Below are positions 11,750-23,450 of a stretch of 64,000 bases of DNA, in pieces. Origin of the DNA: the human T2T-CHM13v2.0 reference genome, Homo sapiens; assembly GCF_009914755.1 (NCBI RefSeq), contig NC_060930.1; one strand, 5' to 3'. The notes below the pieces were generated by a model that saw only the letters and a program-made list of their open reading frames with translations, did no database searches and had not been told where the DNA came from. Every line of letters starts with the position of its first letter. Within the stretch, counting starts at the first letter, position 1. Position numbers and translations under genes: made by a program.

Positions 11750-12775
11750 TGGATTTAAAAAAAAATGTTCACATGTTCAAATTCACTAGAAATCAAACAT
11801 TGCAAATGAAATTCCTAAAAGGTAACACTTTGCATATCACATTCGAAATTTAAAAATACCGTACGCCCAGTGTAGTTAGGTTTTGGAGGGAAAGGTAAAA
11901 GTACAGTGCTAATATACATTTTTGTAGGAGTCTAGATTGCCTTCACTTTTCTGGGAAACGATTTGAGGACAGTATCAAAAGCCTTAAAAATATTCATAAG
12001 AGCTGGGCGCAGTGACTCATGCCTGTAATCCCAGCACTTTGGGAGGCCACGGCGGGTGGATCACAAGGTTAGGAGTTCAAGACCAGCCTGGCCAAGATGG
12101 TGAAACCCCGCCTCTACTAAAATTACAAAAATTAGCCCTGCGTGGTGGTGCATGCCTGTAATTCCAGCTACTCGGGAGGCTGAGGCAGCGAATTGTTTGA
12201 ACCCAGGAGATGGAGGTTGCAGTGAGCCAAGATCATGCCACTGCACTCCAGCCTAGGCGACAGAGACTCCATCTCAAAAAAAAAAAAAATATATATATAT
12301 ATATATGTATATACATTCATGAGATTTTTTGCCCAACAATTCTACATGGAGAAATATTTCTTAAAAAGATGATTGCACAGAACCCATAGCATACAAAGCT
12401 TTATCATAGCTTTGTTTATAATAGCAAAACATTAAAAACAGCAATAGAAAATTGATTTTTAAGTGATGAGCTAAAAACATAATTGAATCCTATAAAATTA
12501 TTAGAAATATTTTTTATAGAGGTACATGTACTGACTTAGAAATAGTTACAAATATGTAGTTAAATACAAGAAAAAGAAAGTTACAAAATAACACCTAGAG
12601 TATAATGTTACTTTTGGGCAAAAGTGTTAAAATACATTTTGTATAAAAGTTAGAAATCTATACTGCAAAATGTAAAACAGGTGATATAAATTTTATTTAT
12701 GCTTACCTGTAGTTTCTAATTTATATAAGTATGTGTTGCTTGTGTAATTAAAAATTCAATAATAAAAGCATTAAA
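11750..12775 (+). mobile_element. L1ME-type 3' end, interrupted by an Alu
   Basis: cttttctgggaaacgatttgaggacagtatcaaaagcctt ... caacaattctacatggagaaatatt ... gtttataatagcaaaac. Confidence 0.6.
12001..12289 (+). mobile_element. Alu, AluSg-like, full length
   Basis: ggatcacaaggttaggagttcaagaccagcctggccaagatgg (2-nt deletion typical of Sg); A-tail runs into (AT)n. Confidence 0.95.
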
Positions 12776-13171
12776 TAGATAATTCAATATTTTAGCATAT
12801 CTCAGGTGCAGAATAGCCTCCTTTATAGCTATAAGTTGAATCATGGATTTTGTTTCTAAACTTTTCCCCTATCTCCAGAATCTCTCCTGGTGACTGTGCA
12901 CTCCTGATCCTACTGTTGTTTTATGTTTGACCTCAATAGTAATGGGTTCCTTGGCTCTTGGTTTCCCTGACAGTGTCACTGCCAAAACATAGAAAGATAG
13001 AAAAGGTAATGTGAATTTTACAAATTTAACATTATAATCAAATAAAACTTTCACTTCTCATTTTTTTTTCTAAATGCTCATATACAAACTTTTCTAATTT
13101 ACTCATATTATTCTTGCCATAATTTCCAAGAGATTATGAGAAGCCTTGGAATGATCATGAATGTAACAATC

Positions 13172-13996
13172 CAGTAAGTCCTCAATGTCATAGACAGGTT
13201 ATTGAAAACTACAACTTTAAATGAAACAACATACAACAGATTGAATTTTACTGTAGGCTAATTGATATAAATAAGAGTTAGGTTCCTATGGCATACTTCT
13301 GGTCATTTTTAAAGACCCAGAACACTTCTAATATTAAACATTGAGGTAAATGTGAGCTGTACATACATTTAACGAAGATGAATAAAAACAAGTAAGATAA
13401 TGATTTGCCTAGTTTGTAATTTGTGGTGAATCAGTTAGTGACTGCAGTCACAGTCCTGTGGATTAAGTCAAGGAATTAATGTTTGCAAAGTAACAACTGT
13501 AAGGTGCACCTCCTACCACTAGGCAGTTAAAAACAATCACAAATATTGTAGGGTTGCTGAGTGCTTTTGTAGTACATCATTTTGTGTTTGTATGATTATT
13601 ATATACTTTATGAATTTTTATTTCACAAATGATTTGTCTTCATTCATTCATTCACTCATTCATTTTCCAAGGACTTACTACAGTTTAAGATTGCGGGTGG
13701 CAGGAGGCTTTCCCCGCAGCTTAGGAGCAGGGCAGGAACCAGCCCTGGCCAGGCTGTCGTCCCATGGCAGGGCACACTCACACACCCCTGCACTCACTCA
13801 CACTGGGACCCTGTAGACATGCCAATTCCCCTAACATGCATAACTTTGGGATGTGGGAGGAAACTGCAGGAACTGGAGGAACCTACTTAGACACGCAAAC
13901 TCCACACTGATGGCCCAGGATGGAAATAAATACTTTTCTCATCAATGATATAAGGAAACTACATTGGGCAAAAGGATATCATTCGAGGACCTGCAG
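13172..13996 (+). mobile_element. MER6 (TcMar-Tigger non-autonomous DNA transposon), near full length
   Basis: Termini cagtaagtcctc... and ...gaggacctgcag|ta (inverted repeats, TA on the right); internal ctttgggatgtgggaggaaac motif; about 825 bp. Confidence 0.85.
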
Positions 13997-15218
13997 TAAA
14001 CAATTGACAGTTGTAATCACTGTAATACTGTTCATACTTCTTATTGCCTATTGTTATCATTAAGAGATGAAAGTAGGCAATCTGACTTTGCTAATGATCT
14101 TGAACATAAGGAAGTTAATTTCACAATTATATTTGAAAACAATCACAAATATGGCGGGATCACTGAGTGCTTTTGTAGCACACCATTTAGATGCACTGGT
14201 CAGAAGTTTTTTAGCCTTATCCACCCCACCATTGCAAAGAATGTTAAGTTAGGGCACAAGAGCAAATCAAACCTGAGTTCAGTAATTTTCTCATTGTTCT
14301 TCCCTGCTGGGAAGTGCAATCAATGTCCAATCTGCTGCCATAACTACATCTGTAGCCAATTCGGCTCAGTGCCTTGACAAATATAGAATTTTACTTTATT
14401 TTGATTAGTTTTTTTTTGTAATTATCTTTTGGTTAGAACTTCATCAGTTTCTCATCTTTTCTTTAAAAGTGTTCATATTTTCTTACATTGCCCAGCCACC
14501 AAATGGATTTCTTTTAACAGAAACTCTTAGTCATTGAGCTTAGAAACAGCTTCCCTTCTGCTATTTTAAGGAATCAAAGTACAAATTGAATGTGGGATTT
14601 ATTTAATGACTTTAGCTTGGTTTTATTTTTTGAGTAGTTCTCAGCTAAACACACTTCAAATATAGAAAATAATTACAAAGAACCTAGAAAATGATTTCTG
14701 AGTCTCCTCAGAAATGTCATTATTTCCCTTTTTCTAGCCACCAAAACAAATAGAAATAAAAGTCTACGACACATAGGAATAAGTACATTTAGGGGACTCA
14801 GATAGATGTTCTATACTAATTAATAATGCAGATGTAGGGATTTACCTAAGAAGTATTACTGAAAACTTCAGTATTTATTTATAGGAATATAAGTTTAAGA
14901 TAACAGCATGCAAGTATTTAAGATATTTTTAAGAATTTTGGGGAAGTATAAATCAGATCATCAGATCATTTAAGAAGGCATTAGATATAACTAGACTTCA
15001 ATGGATTCAATGTATTTTTGCAGTCCAGAAAGGGACATTTTTTCTTTCAAAGTTGAATTGTTACTGTACATCAGATGATTTTATTTTGCCAATAAAATGT
15101 AATTATTTTACTCATTCTAGTCATATGACCATCACCACTTAACTAGCTAGGTGACTTTTGAGTTATTGACATCTACAATTCTATGTTTCCAACATGAAAG
15201 AGGTTAAGTACAACTTCT

Positions 15219-15640
15219 TTTATTCATTCATCCAGATACTCATTTATTCTTCCCTTCATTCAACAGCTATGTGAGAGGCTAGTTTATGACAGGTCCTGAA
15301 GATATAAAAATGAACAAGACAGACAACGAATTGTTGCCTTTCTGCCTTGTCTGCCTTCAGAAAACTTAACTACTGGTGGGGAAATTCAACCCTGAGAACG
15401 ATTGTAAAACAGTGTAAATGGTAGGAGTGAAACATAGCGCCGTGGGAGCACTGGGGAGCGGCAACTGACCCAAACCATCCCATGCAAGTTTTCCCAGAGA
15501 GGCCTTATTTATGACATGACATATGAGTTATGAGAAATAAATAGGAACTCTTACGAACACTTCTCATAGCTCTTGTGAAATTATTATCTCTGTATGGACC
15601 AGCATAAGCTAAGTGAACAGGATCGCATGGTAAAAGAGAT
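15219..15640 (-). mobile_element. L2 fragment
   Basis: ttcattcatcc...cattcaacag...aaatgaacaagacagac...tgccttcagaaaactt...gggagcactggggag: antisense L2 3' region. Confidence 0.7.
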
Positions 15641-16023
15641 GTGAACATGTTTGCAGAAGTGGCTAAAATTAATCTGAAGTACTGCTAAGGGGAAAGGTAA
15701 TATTGTTAACACACATCAATTCCTTCCACCTTTTCTCTCCTTCAGTCTATACCTTTAGACTATATTTGACCCTAGCGGTTTATGTCTGAACCTAAAAATA
15801 CATTCTTTGAGGTTAGTGGAGGAGCAAAATTGGCAGTTTTCTAGAAGGCAAATTGATAATATTCGACGTGTTTATATATATGATCCCATACATCCCTTCT
15901 AAGAGTTAATCCTTAACAGGTACTCGTATATATAAACAGTAATTTCTACTCAATAATACTATTATAATAGCAACTTTAGGTAGAAAACTTAACAATGGGA
16001 GAATAAGAATGAGTATTCAGGAT

Positions 16024-16359
16024 TGATATGGTTTGGCTTGGTGTCCCCACACAAATCTCATCTTGAATTGTAATCCCTACATGAAAGAGGTGACTGGATC
16101 ATAGAGGCAATTTCCCTCATACTGTTTTCATGATAGTGAGTGAGTTCTCACGAGATCTGATGGCTTTGTAAAGCAGTTTTCCCTGCTCTTGCTCGCTCTC
16201 TCACCTGCTGCCATGTAAGATGTGTCTGCTTCCCATTCTGCTATAATGGTATAAGTTTCCTGAGGCCTCCCCAGTCTTGCAGGAGTCCATTAAACTTTCC
16301 TTTATAAATTACATAGCCTCAGGTATTTCTTTATAGCAGTGTGAAAACAGACTAATCCA
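16024..16359 (+). mobile_element. THE1D-like MaLR solo LTR with perfect 5-bp TSD
   Basis: tgatatggtttggc...agcagtgtgaaaacagactaatcca; TSD AGGAT at 16019-16023 and 16360-16364. Confidence 0.92.
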
Positions 16360-16714
16360 AGGATACACAGCATTAAGAAATTTTATTCTCAGAAAAATAA
16401 TGAAAAAATGTACTCTGTATATTGTTTTGCAAGATACAAAATGGAATAACATAAAGCTTTTCTACAATGAGTTCGCATTATTTTAATATTAAAAATCCTC
16501 TTTTTGTGTTCTATTTTATTTCATTTTCAAACATATATGCAACATTTGCACCAGCCCATTCTCTATATTTGGGGGCTCTATCAACCTCCCTAGTATTCTA
16601 ATCTATCAAAGTACTTTATGGTATATTATTAAGTCTACTTCATGAGCTTGAGAAAAAATGAGCTAAATTGGTAGCTCCTAAACTGGTAGAAATCTGTAGA
16701 ATTTGAAAAAAATT

Positions 16715-16960
16715 ATTAATATTTACTGAGCATTTATTCCCTGGAAGATACAATGTTCAGCAATTTACATCTATTACCCTGTTTAATCCCCTCGCGAAAT
16801 CAATCACATGTCCGTGAGCAAGGTGATATGAGTTCTCTTTTTCTGTTGAACAAGCTCAGGTTCAGAGATGTCAAGTGACTTTTCCAAGGTCAGGCAGCAT
16901 GTCGGTGCCAGGGCTGGAGTTTCAAACCAAGGTGTGTGAAGCTGCAACCTGAGCTGTTAT
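16715..16960 (-). mobile_element. MIR SINE (MIRb-like)
   Basis: atttactgagcattta...gctcaggttcagagatgtcaagtgacttttccaaggtca...gggctggagtttcaaaccaagg. Confidence 0.8.
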
Positions 16961-17619
16961 AAAGTAAGCGTTATGATGCTACCCACCTTCATTATGAAGA
17001 AACTGAAGTTATTTATCAGGAAGAAACGGAGCGATCTTATCTAACATAATCTAATCAAGCTGCTGCTGATTTTCAAATCTATGTGTTCTGATCATAAATT
17101 GTACGTGCTGTTCCACAACATTGTATCTATATGCTTGGGATAAAAAGTCCTTTCAGTTACTCCCAATGATGCATACAGATAGGTTTTCAAAAATAAGTAA
17201 AGTGCAAGGGAGAGCCTAAAAGAAACAATGTTCTGATGATTTCCCCATCATCTTCCTAATTCCTTACTTCTACAAGTAAATATGTTCGTGACTGGTTAGG
17301 CCTGAGACTCTAAGGCCTGATTTCAACAATTTGGGCTCAATGCAAGTCCTTTATTTCCTCTTTACACCCTTGTCTGCTGTGCCATCTTCACACTACAGGG
17401 TGATGCCATGTTGGGCTCCAGATCTTCCTCACTCTCAAATCCTTGAGATTTGAGAATCTCAAATTGGTCAAACATGAGCAATTTAAAAAACATGTATCTG
17501 GCCTGATTTGATAAGAAGCAAGACAAACAGATTTTTAAACGAACAAAAAACGTACAAAAATCTCAAACAGCATCTTATCTAGTTAATTAGAACGACAACA
17601 ATAACAACAAAAACGATAC

Positions 17620-17655
17620 CTGTCAATGTCTCAATGATCTTCTTCCTCAGTTCAC
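17620..17655 (-). CDS. Candidate 36-nt phase-1/phase-1 micro-exon, (G)ELRKKIIETLT; gene not identified
   Basis: gctttgttttccag|gtgaactgaggaagaagatcattgagacattgacag|gtatcg. Frame-preserving, the other two frames have stops, purine-rich GAAGAAG enhancer-like core, GU-rich tract after the donor, unique sequence. Confidence 0.5.
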
Positions 17656-19640
17656 CTGGAAAACAAAGCTTTCACATAAAAAGGTGACAACAACATACTA
17701 TAACTGTTAAATAAAAATAATGACTTTCTTCCACTTTGGCTGAAACGGGGCCATCCACAACTATATCATCACTCAGGTGGAAACCAATCATGGCTCAGCC
17801 TGCATTAGTGTCATGATATTACGATTGTGATTCACTGATGGCCAGCTGCAGATAGCTAGTCCCATAAATAAGCCCCCTCATTTAGAACGCCACAGAAAGT
17901 GCTCAGACAACTGGCAGAGGCAACATAAATATTGATCATCAGCATAATAATTGTAATTTACATTGGCATACAGTCTACCTCCTTAGGACCATTTAAATAG
18001 CTCTGAATATTTCTCTCTAATTTGTCCTAATTCAAATACAGATGCGACAGGTGTTTATCTCTGCCACAATATGAAAAATAAATTAAAAGTATAAACACAA
18101 TTTGTGTTTGAGGAGTAAGATGATATCTAGCTTTGTAGGAAACAAGCTGATTTTATAGTACTTTAAAAAACTACTTGTCAGTATTTATAATGCTGCAGTA
18201 TGCACCATGATAGTAAATTATTTTCATTTTCTCATTCAAGCATGTATAGTTATTATTCTTTTTGATTTCAGTCTATTTGTGGTTTGAACCTGAAATCCAT
18301 TTACTTATAAATATTGTGCAAAAACTTTTTCTTTCTTACGATTCACTCATCCCAAATTTCAAAACAAACCTCAAAATGGCATTTAAAAAAAGCTGTACAC
18401 AGATTTCTAAATGGAGATTATGCTATATAAATGCCATACAAATATTTCTATATCTAGTCTCTGGCTTTGGATCTGCTCATTTACATAGTTAAAATTTATC
18501 TTTCTTTACCGGATCATTCTCATCATAATACAAACATGCTCCAACATTCCCCATCATGAGATAAACCAACCAACCTGGTCCCTGGCATCTCCCTCCTAAA
18601 CGTTAATTCTCTATTCACGGACAATTTCTGAACCCATTTCCTCACCTTCTATTCTCTCTTCCATGCATTCCCAGTTCCTCTTCTTTCTTTACCATACCAA
18701 TGTTCTTTTCATGGTTATCAATGACTCCTAAAGTTAGCAATTAAAGTACACATTTCACTGTAGTCACTGGGCATAGCATTTTAGCAGCCTTTGCCATAGA
18801 GGCTAACTTCTAAGGAGGGATAATGATACTACACTGGCTTCTTTGTCTTCTGAGAAAACACTTTCTTGGTATTCCTCCTACCTCTCTGACAGTTCCTTCT
18901 CTATCTCCTTAACAAATGTCTTTTCTCAAAATGTTTATCGATTGTTGTGCTGCCCCAAGTGGGCTGACATCTCTTGCCTGTTGTATGTGCATGAAGTCTT
19001 AAAACATTCCATTCTGCCCCCATAGACTCAAAAACCACCTAAAGAGGCTTCTGCCTCCTAAATCGATATTTCCAGCTCTGACCTATTCTTTGCATTCTAG
19101 ATGCACTTGCCCAACTGCTTATACGCAACTCTACTTGGATGTCCTATAAATATCGCAAACTTACTCATTTTCCAAGCTGAAATCTTGCCTCTACAATCTC
19201 CCTAAATTTCTTCTGTCTCATTTCAATAAACAAACACCATTTACTGAGTTTCCTCAAGCCAGAATTCTACCCATGAATCTGCTAAGCAAGAGTGAAATGT
19301 ATCTTCAACGTACATCTCACGTTTTTCTACTGTTTCTGTTCCACTGTAACCACTCTAGTCCAACCCATGCCCCTCTTTCTGGAACTTCTGCAAATTCTAC
19401 TGTTGCTCATCCACTTTTAACCATGGCCTTCCCCTATTCCATTATTCATACAGCAACCACCGTGAGCTTTTTTAAGAACAAAATTCAGAACATGCCATTT
19501 TCCATCTTAAATCCTTTGATGGCTTCCCATATCCTTAAAATAACACACAAAGTGTCAACAAGGGTCTTCAAAAGCTGGCCTCCCACCTACCTTTCCCCCT
19601 GCATTTTGTACCACACTCTGCACTTTTCCTGATATCCTTT

Positions 19641-20223
19641 TGTGTCCAGAATTGGTTCCTTCCAGTGGGTTCTTGGTCTCGCTGACTTCAAGAATGAAGC
19701 CGCGGACCCTCTCAGTGAGTGTTACAGTTCTTAAATATGGTGTGTCCGGAATTTGTTCCTTCAGGTGTTCGGATGTGTCCGGAGTTTCTTCCTTCCAGGG
19801 GGTTTGTGGTCTCGCTGACTTCAGGAGTGAAGCTGCAGACCTTGGCAGTGAGTGTTACAGCTCATAAAAGTAGTGTGGACCCAAAGGGTGAGCAGCAGCA
19901 AGCTTTACTGTGAAGAGCAAAAGAACAAAGATTCCACACGTGGAGGCAGACCCCAGCGGATTGCCACAGCTGGCGCAGGTGACCAGCTTTTATTCCCTTA
20001 TTTGGCCCCGCCCACGTCCTGCTGATTGGTCCATTTTACAGAGCACTGATTGGTCCATTTTACAGAGTACTGATTGGTCTGTTTTACAGAGTGCTGATTG
20101 GTGCATTTACAATCCTTTAGCTAGACACAGTGTGCTGATTGGTGTGTTTACAATCCTTTAGCTAGACAGAAAAGTTCTCCAAGTCCCCACCTGACCCAGA
20201 AGCCCAGCCAGCTTCACCTATCA
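19641..20223 (-). mobile_element. LTR12-family (ERV9) solo LTR, short LTR12/LTR12F type, 4-bp TSD
   Basis: Minus strand TGATAGGTGAAGC...GGACACA; repeated gattggt units; TSD CTTT at 19637-19640 and 20224-20227. Confidence 0.95.
19987..20142 (-). promoter_or_regulatory. LTR12 U3 promoter module: five CCAAT boxes, GC box, AATAAAAG TATA-like element
   Basis: attgg at 20025, 20049, 20073, 20097 (24-bp period) and 20138; ccccgccc at 20006-20013; cttttattc at 19987-19995. Confidence 0.7.
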
Positions 20224-20788
20224 CTTTCACACAAACTTCCTTTCTGTAACTGGGCCTACCAAGGCCTTTTCTGCTGAGGGGTCTGCTGCTGAGAACACCC
20301 TTCCCATGGCACTTTGGCTTCTTGTTGCAGATCACAGGTGACCTCCTTACAGATGATGTCAATCACTAAGGTTCCTAAAATACTCCATCTGCAAAACTCA
20401 CCCACCCACCCAACGAGTCTCTAACACATATTTCTGTTTATTTCCTTCGTATCACTTCTTTTCTGCTCTCTAATTATCTATGTGTTTATGTGTTTAATTT
20501 TGTATTAATCTTTAAATACATAAATTAAACACATGAATTTATGGTGCATATTATGACCTCTGCCAGAGCAAGGAGCTTGTCTGTCTTTTAACATTTTTTT
20601 CACCACCACCTAAAAAAGTGCCTGGCACAGAGTAGATGCTCAATAAATATTCATTGAATTAACAGTAAGGCTAATCCCATCACATTTTACTTAACCTTAA
20701 TCTGTCCACTCACAAGTATTAAAGGAAAACTTATTATATGCAGTAGTTGATAAGGAACTAATGGCAAGGTATTAACCAGCTTCTAGAA

Positions 20789-21013
20789 CAGGAGTCAGCA
20801 AACTCCAGCCGACAGGCCAAATCCTGCCTGTTGTGTGTTTTTGTAAATGAAGTTTTATTGGAACACAGTCATGGCTATTCATTGACAAATTGTATCTGGC
20901 TGTTTGGGGGCTCCAAAGCCATTGTTAAGTGGTTGCAATAGAGACTATCTTAGCTTTCGAAGTCTACAATATTGGCTTTCTGATCCTTTACAGAAAAAAA
21001 ATGTTTTGACCTG
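20789..21013 (+). mobile_element. MER58A (hAT-Charlie MITE)
   Basis: caggagtcagcaaact...gtttttgtaaatgaagttttattggaacacag...cctttacagaaaaa; flanks contain tctag hAT target-like 8-mers. Confidence 0.85.
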
Positions 21014-21179
21014 TTCTCTAGGAGATCCTAGTGTGATAATTGCTTCAATAGGAAATCTTCTTTAGTTGGGTTGTCAAATCTAAAAGTTAAGCAAATAATT
21101 TGAAGGACAGTCTAGTATATCCCACACAAAATCAAGATCAGTGTCTGTTCTCCATCTTGACCTCTCCATATTTACAGTC

Positions 21180-21350
21180 CTGAGTCCACAATCAGAAGAT
21201 TCAGGTTTAGTTGAGACTCAACCATTAACATTTTAACCTTCAGCAAGTCCTTAAAATTTTTCCATTTCATTTTCATTATCTGTGAGATGAGAAGAATAAT
21301 ATTTGCTTTAACTAATTGACCAAATTCTTGTTAGGAGAGGTGAAGTGGTA
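21180..21350 (+). mobile_element. MIR fragment
   Basis: accttcagcaagtcctt...ttttcattatctgtgagatgagaagaataat. Confidence 0.55.
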
Positions 21351-21474
21351 CACACTTGTGGCAACATTTTGGTTTTGACTCCATCAACAAAACTTTCTGA
21401 GGGCTTCTTAAGTAATACCTCTCTTCTAATTTTTCCCTTATACTCTGTTTTTATTCTGGCAAAGGCTATTTAGA

Positions 21475-21708
21475 AGAAAGGTTATAAGCACGACTTCTGG
21501 AATTAGAATGTCTGTATTTAAATTCCAACTCTAGCATATTAGAGTTTTTGACCTTGATACATAACCTCTTCAAGTCTCAGATCCTTATTAGTAAAATGAG
21601 AAAAATAAGATCTAATGTTCCTATTGAGGTTACTGTGAGCCAGACAGTACTCTAAGCCCTTTAGATACCTAATTCATCTAATATTCCAATAACACAATGA
21701 TGTCCGGG

Positions 21709-21754
<46 letters not shown>

Positions 21755-21970
21755 TCCATTTTGTAAATAAGAAAATTGAGGCACTGAATAGTTAAATAAC
21801 TTGTCTAAGATCACTGACCAAGCAAGTACAAGAGCTGAGATTTGAACCCAGTCCTTGGGTTTTGCCTCTTATTTTAGCAGAAGATTCTTGTTAAGATTAA
21901 ATGAGGAAAGTGAGGAGAAGTTCTTGACAGTTCCCATATTAGAAAGCACACCATAAATGTTAGCTATTAC
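21475..21970 (+). mobile_element. MIR (+) interrupted by an antisense MIR (about 21612-21860)
   Basis: 5' half ends gtaaaatgagaaaaataa; antisense core aagaaaattgaggcactgaatagttaaataacttgtctaagatcac; 3' half resumes gattaaatgag...ataaatgttagctatta. Confidence 0.7.
21709..21753. repeat. (TCA)15 perfect trinucleotide microsatellite
   Basis: Counted directly. Confidence 0.97.
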
Positions 21971-22833
21971 TTTATCCCATCATCTATACTTTATTATTCT
22001 GAGAGGAAAATACCCTATGTTATTTTTTCAGAATTACTTTATTTCTAGATAAATTAAGTTGAAATGAGAATATTTAGTTGATCCATTCACATGGTACCCT
22101 TTAAATCACAACAAAACTGACTTTTTTTGTATATAATGTCACATTCTCTACTAAAAGATACTAATATGCAGATCAACCAAGTTTCTTGGTAGTCTCTCTG
22201 TATGCATCCTGAATAATCATGATTAAGTGAAAATTATCTTTTAATTTCTATTATAAGCCTATGTGTCTCTGAGATGTCTGCAATACACATTAGGCAACAG
22301 AGTGAAAAATCTATGATGAATAGGTAAAGTGAAGGGTTTTTAAAGTTGTTTCTCAGAATTTTAAAAATTTAGAAGTTCTAACAGGGCTTTCTTGGGAGCA
22401 TCAAGGATAAGGCTTCTTCTGTCAATGCTTATAAGAAGATGAAAAGAAACCAACAGCCAGTTTTTGTGGCAAGGCTTGACCAGTTATGTTGGGCATCTTT
22501 TCTAAGCTGCTGACTCATTATTGCAAAAGAACTAATTGAGTGAAGCTATCTGTGACCAGATCCTGTTGCTATCTGGGATGTAAACAATATGTATTCTTTC
22601 TCTCCAGCTTATGTTCTTTTCTTTCTGCTGGTATTTTGGGGAAACTTTTATTTCATTCTGTATGGTCTGGTGAGTCTGTCAGTCATAACGCCTCACTCAT
22701 GGCACAAGGATGGGAATGTGACACAAGATAACCATCTCACCCTAGCCTACCCTTTGTGTTTTGGGTACACATGAGGCAAATCACTCTTCCCTGGTATTGC
22801 AATTTGACAGTTGGAAGTAAGTGTACTTTACTA

Positions 22834-23450
22834 GTGTTCTGATTATCTACCACTGCATAACCAATCATCCCAAACTTTGTGGCTTTAAAAAGCAACCATT
22901 TTCTTATGATCAAGTCTTATGTGGTTTAAGAATTCTACTGGGGCAGAGCAGGATAACCTGTCTTTCTGTTCCACAATGTCTGAGTCATTCCCTTGGAAGA
23001 CTTGAATTGCTGTCTGGGTAGAAGCCAGAGTCATCTGGAGGTGTCATCACTTATTTATATGTCTGGTACCTGGGCTGGGATGACTTGAAGGCTGAGTACA
23101 ATTGGGACCATTGACCAGAATACCTACATATAGACTCTCCCTGTGTCCTGGGCTCCTCATAGCAAGGTGGCTTAGTCCCAGAAAGCAGTGATCTGAGAGG
23201 GATGGTCCGGAGAGGAAGTGTTACAAGAGACCCAGACTGAAGCTGCAAGGCTTTTCTGGCAGAGCCTTGGAAGTCACACAATGTCATTTCCCTTATATTC
23301 TCTTAATTGCAAGTTAGTCACTAAGGCCAGCCCAGATTCAGTTGGTGGCCGTAGCTAGGGTAGTTAGGGGGAAGGGGAGATTAGATTCTGTCTCTTAATG
23401 GGGGATTGCCAAAATGACACTGCAGAAGAGCATAAAAAATGAGGACCGTA
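22834..23450 (-). mobile_element. MaLR LTR, MLT1H/G-like
   Basis: ctgcataaccaatcatcccaaactttgtggctttaaa...gaagctgcaaggctttt...ccttggaagtcacacaatgtcatttc...ggccagcccagattca. Confidence 0.8.

Larger units (their letters stand above)
18500..20665 (+). mobile_element. L2a long fragment (RT region to 3' end), split by LTR12
   Basis: ttagcagcctttgcc (LSAAFD-like), ttcctcctacctctctgacagttccttctc, and terminus gtgcctggcacagagtagatgctcaataaatattcattgaat. Confidence 0.8.

Noticed and set aside
19273-19632. 119-aa ORF
   Set aside because: Falls within a decayed L2 element and has low-complexity composition.
20020-20165. Regularly spaced 24-bp repeats resembling a CRISPR array
   Set aside because: These are LTR12 CCAAT tandem units with no unique spacers, in eukaryotic DNA.
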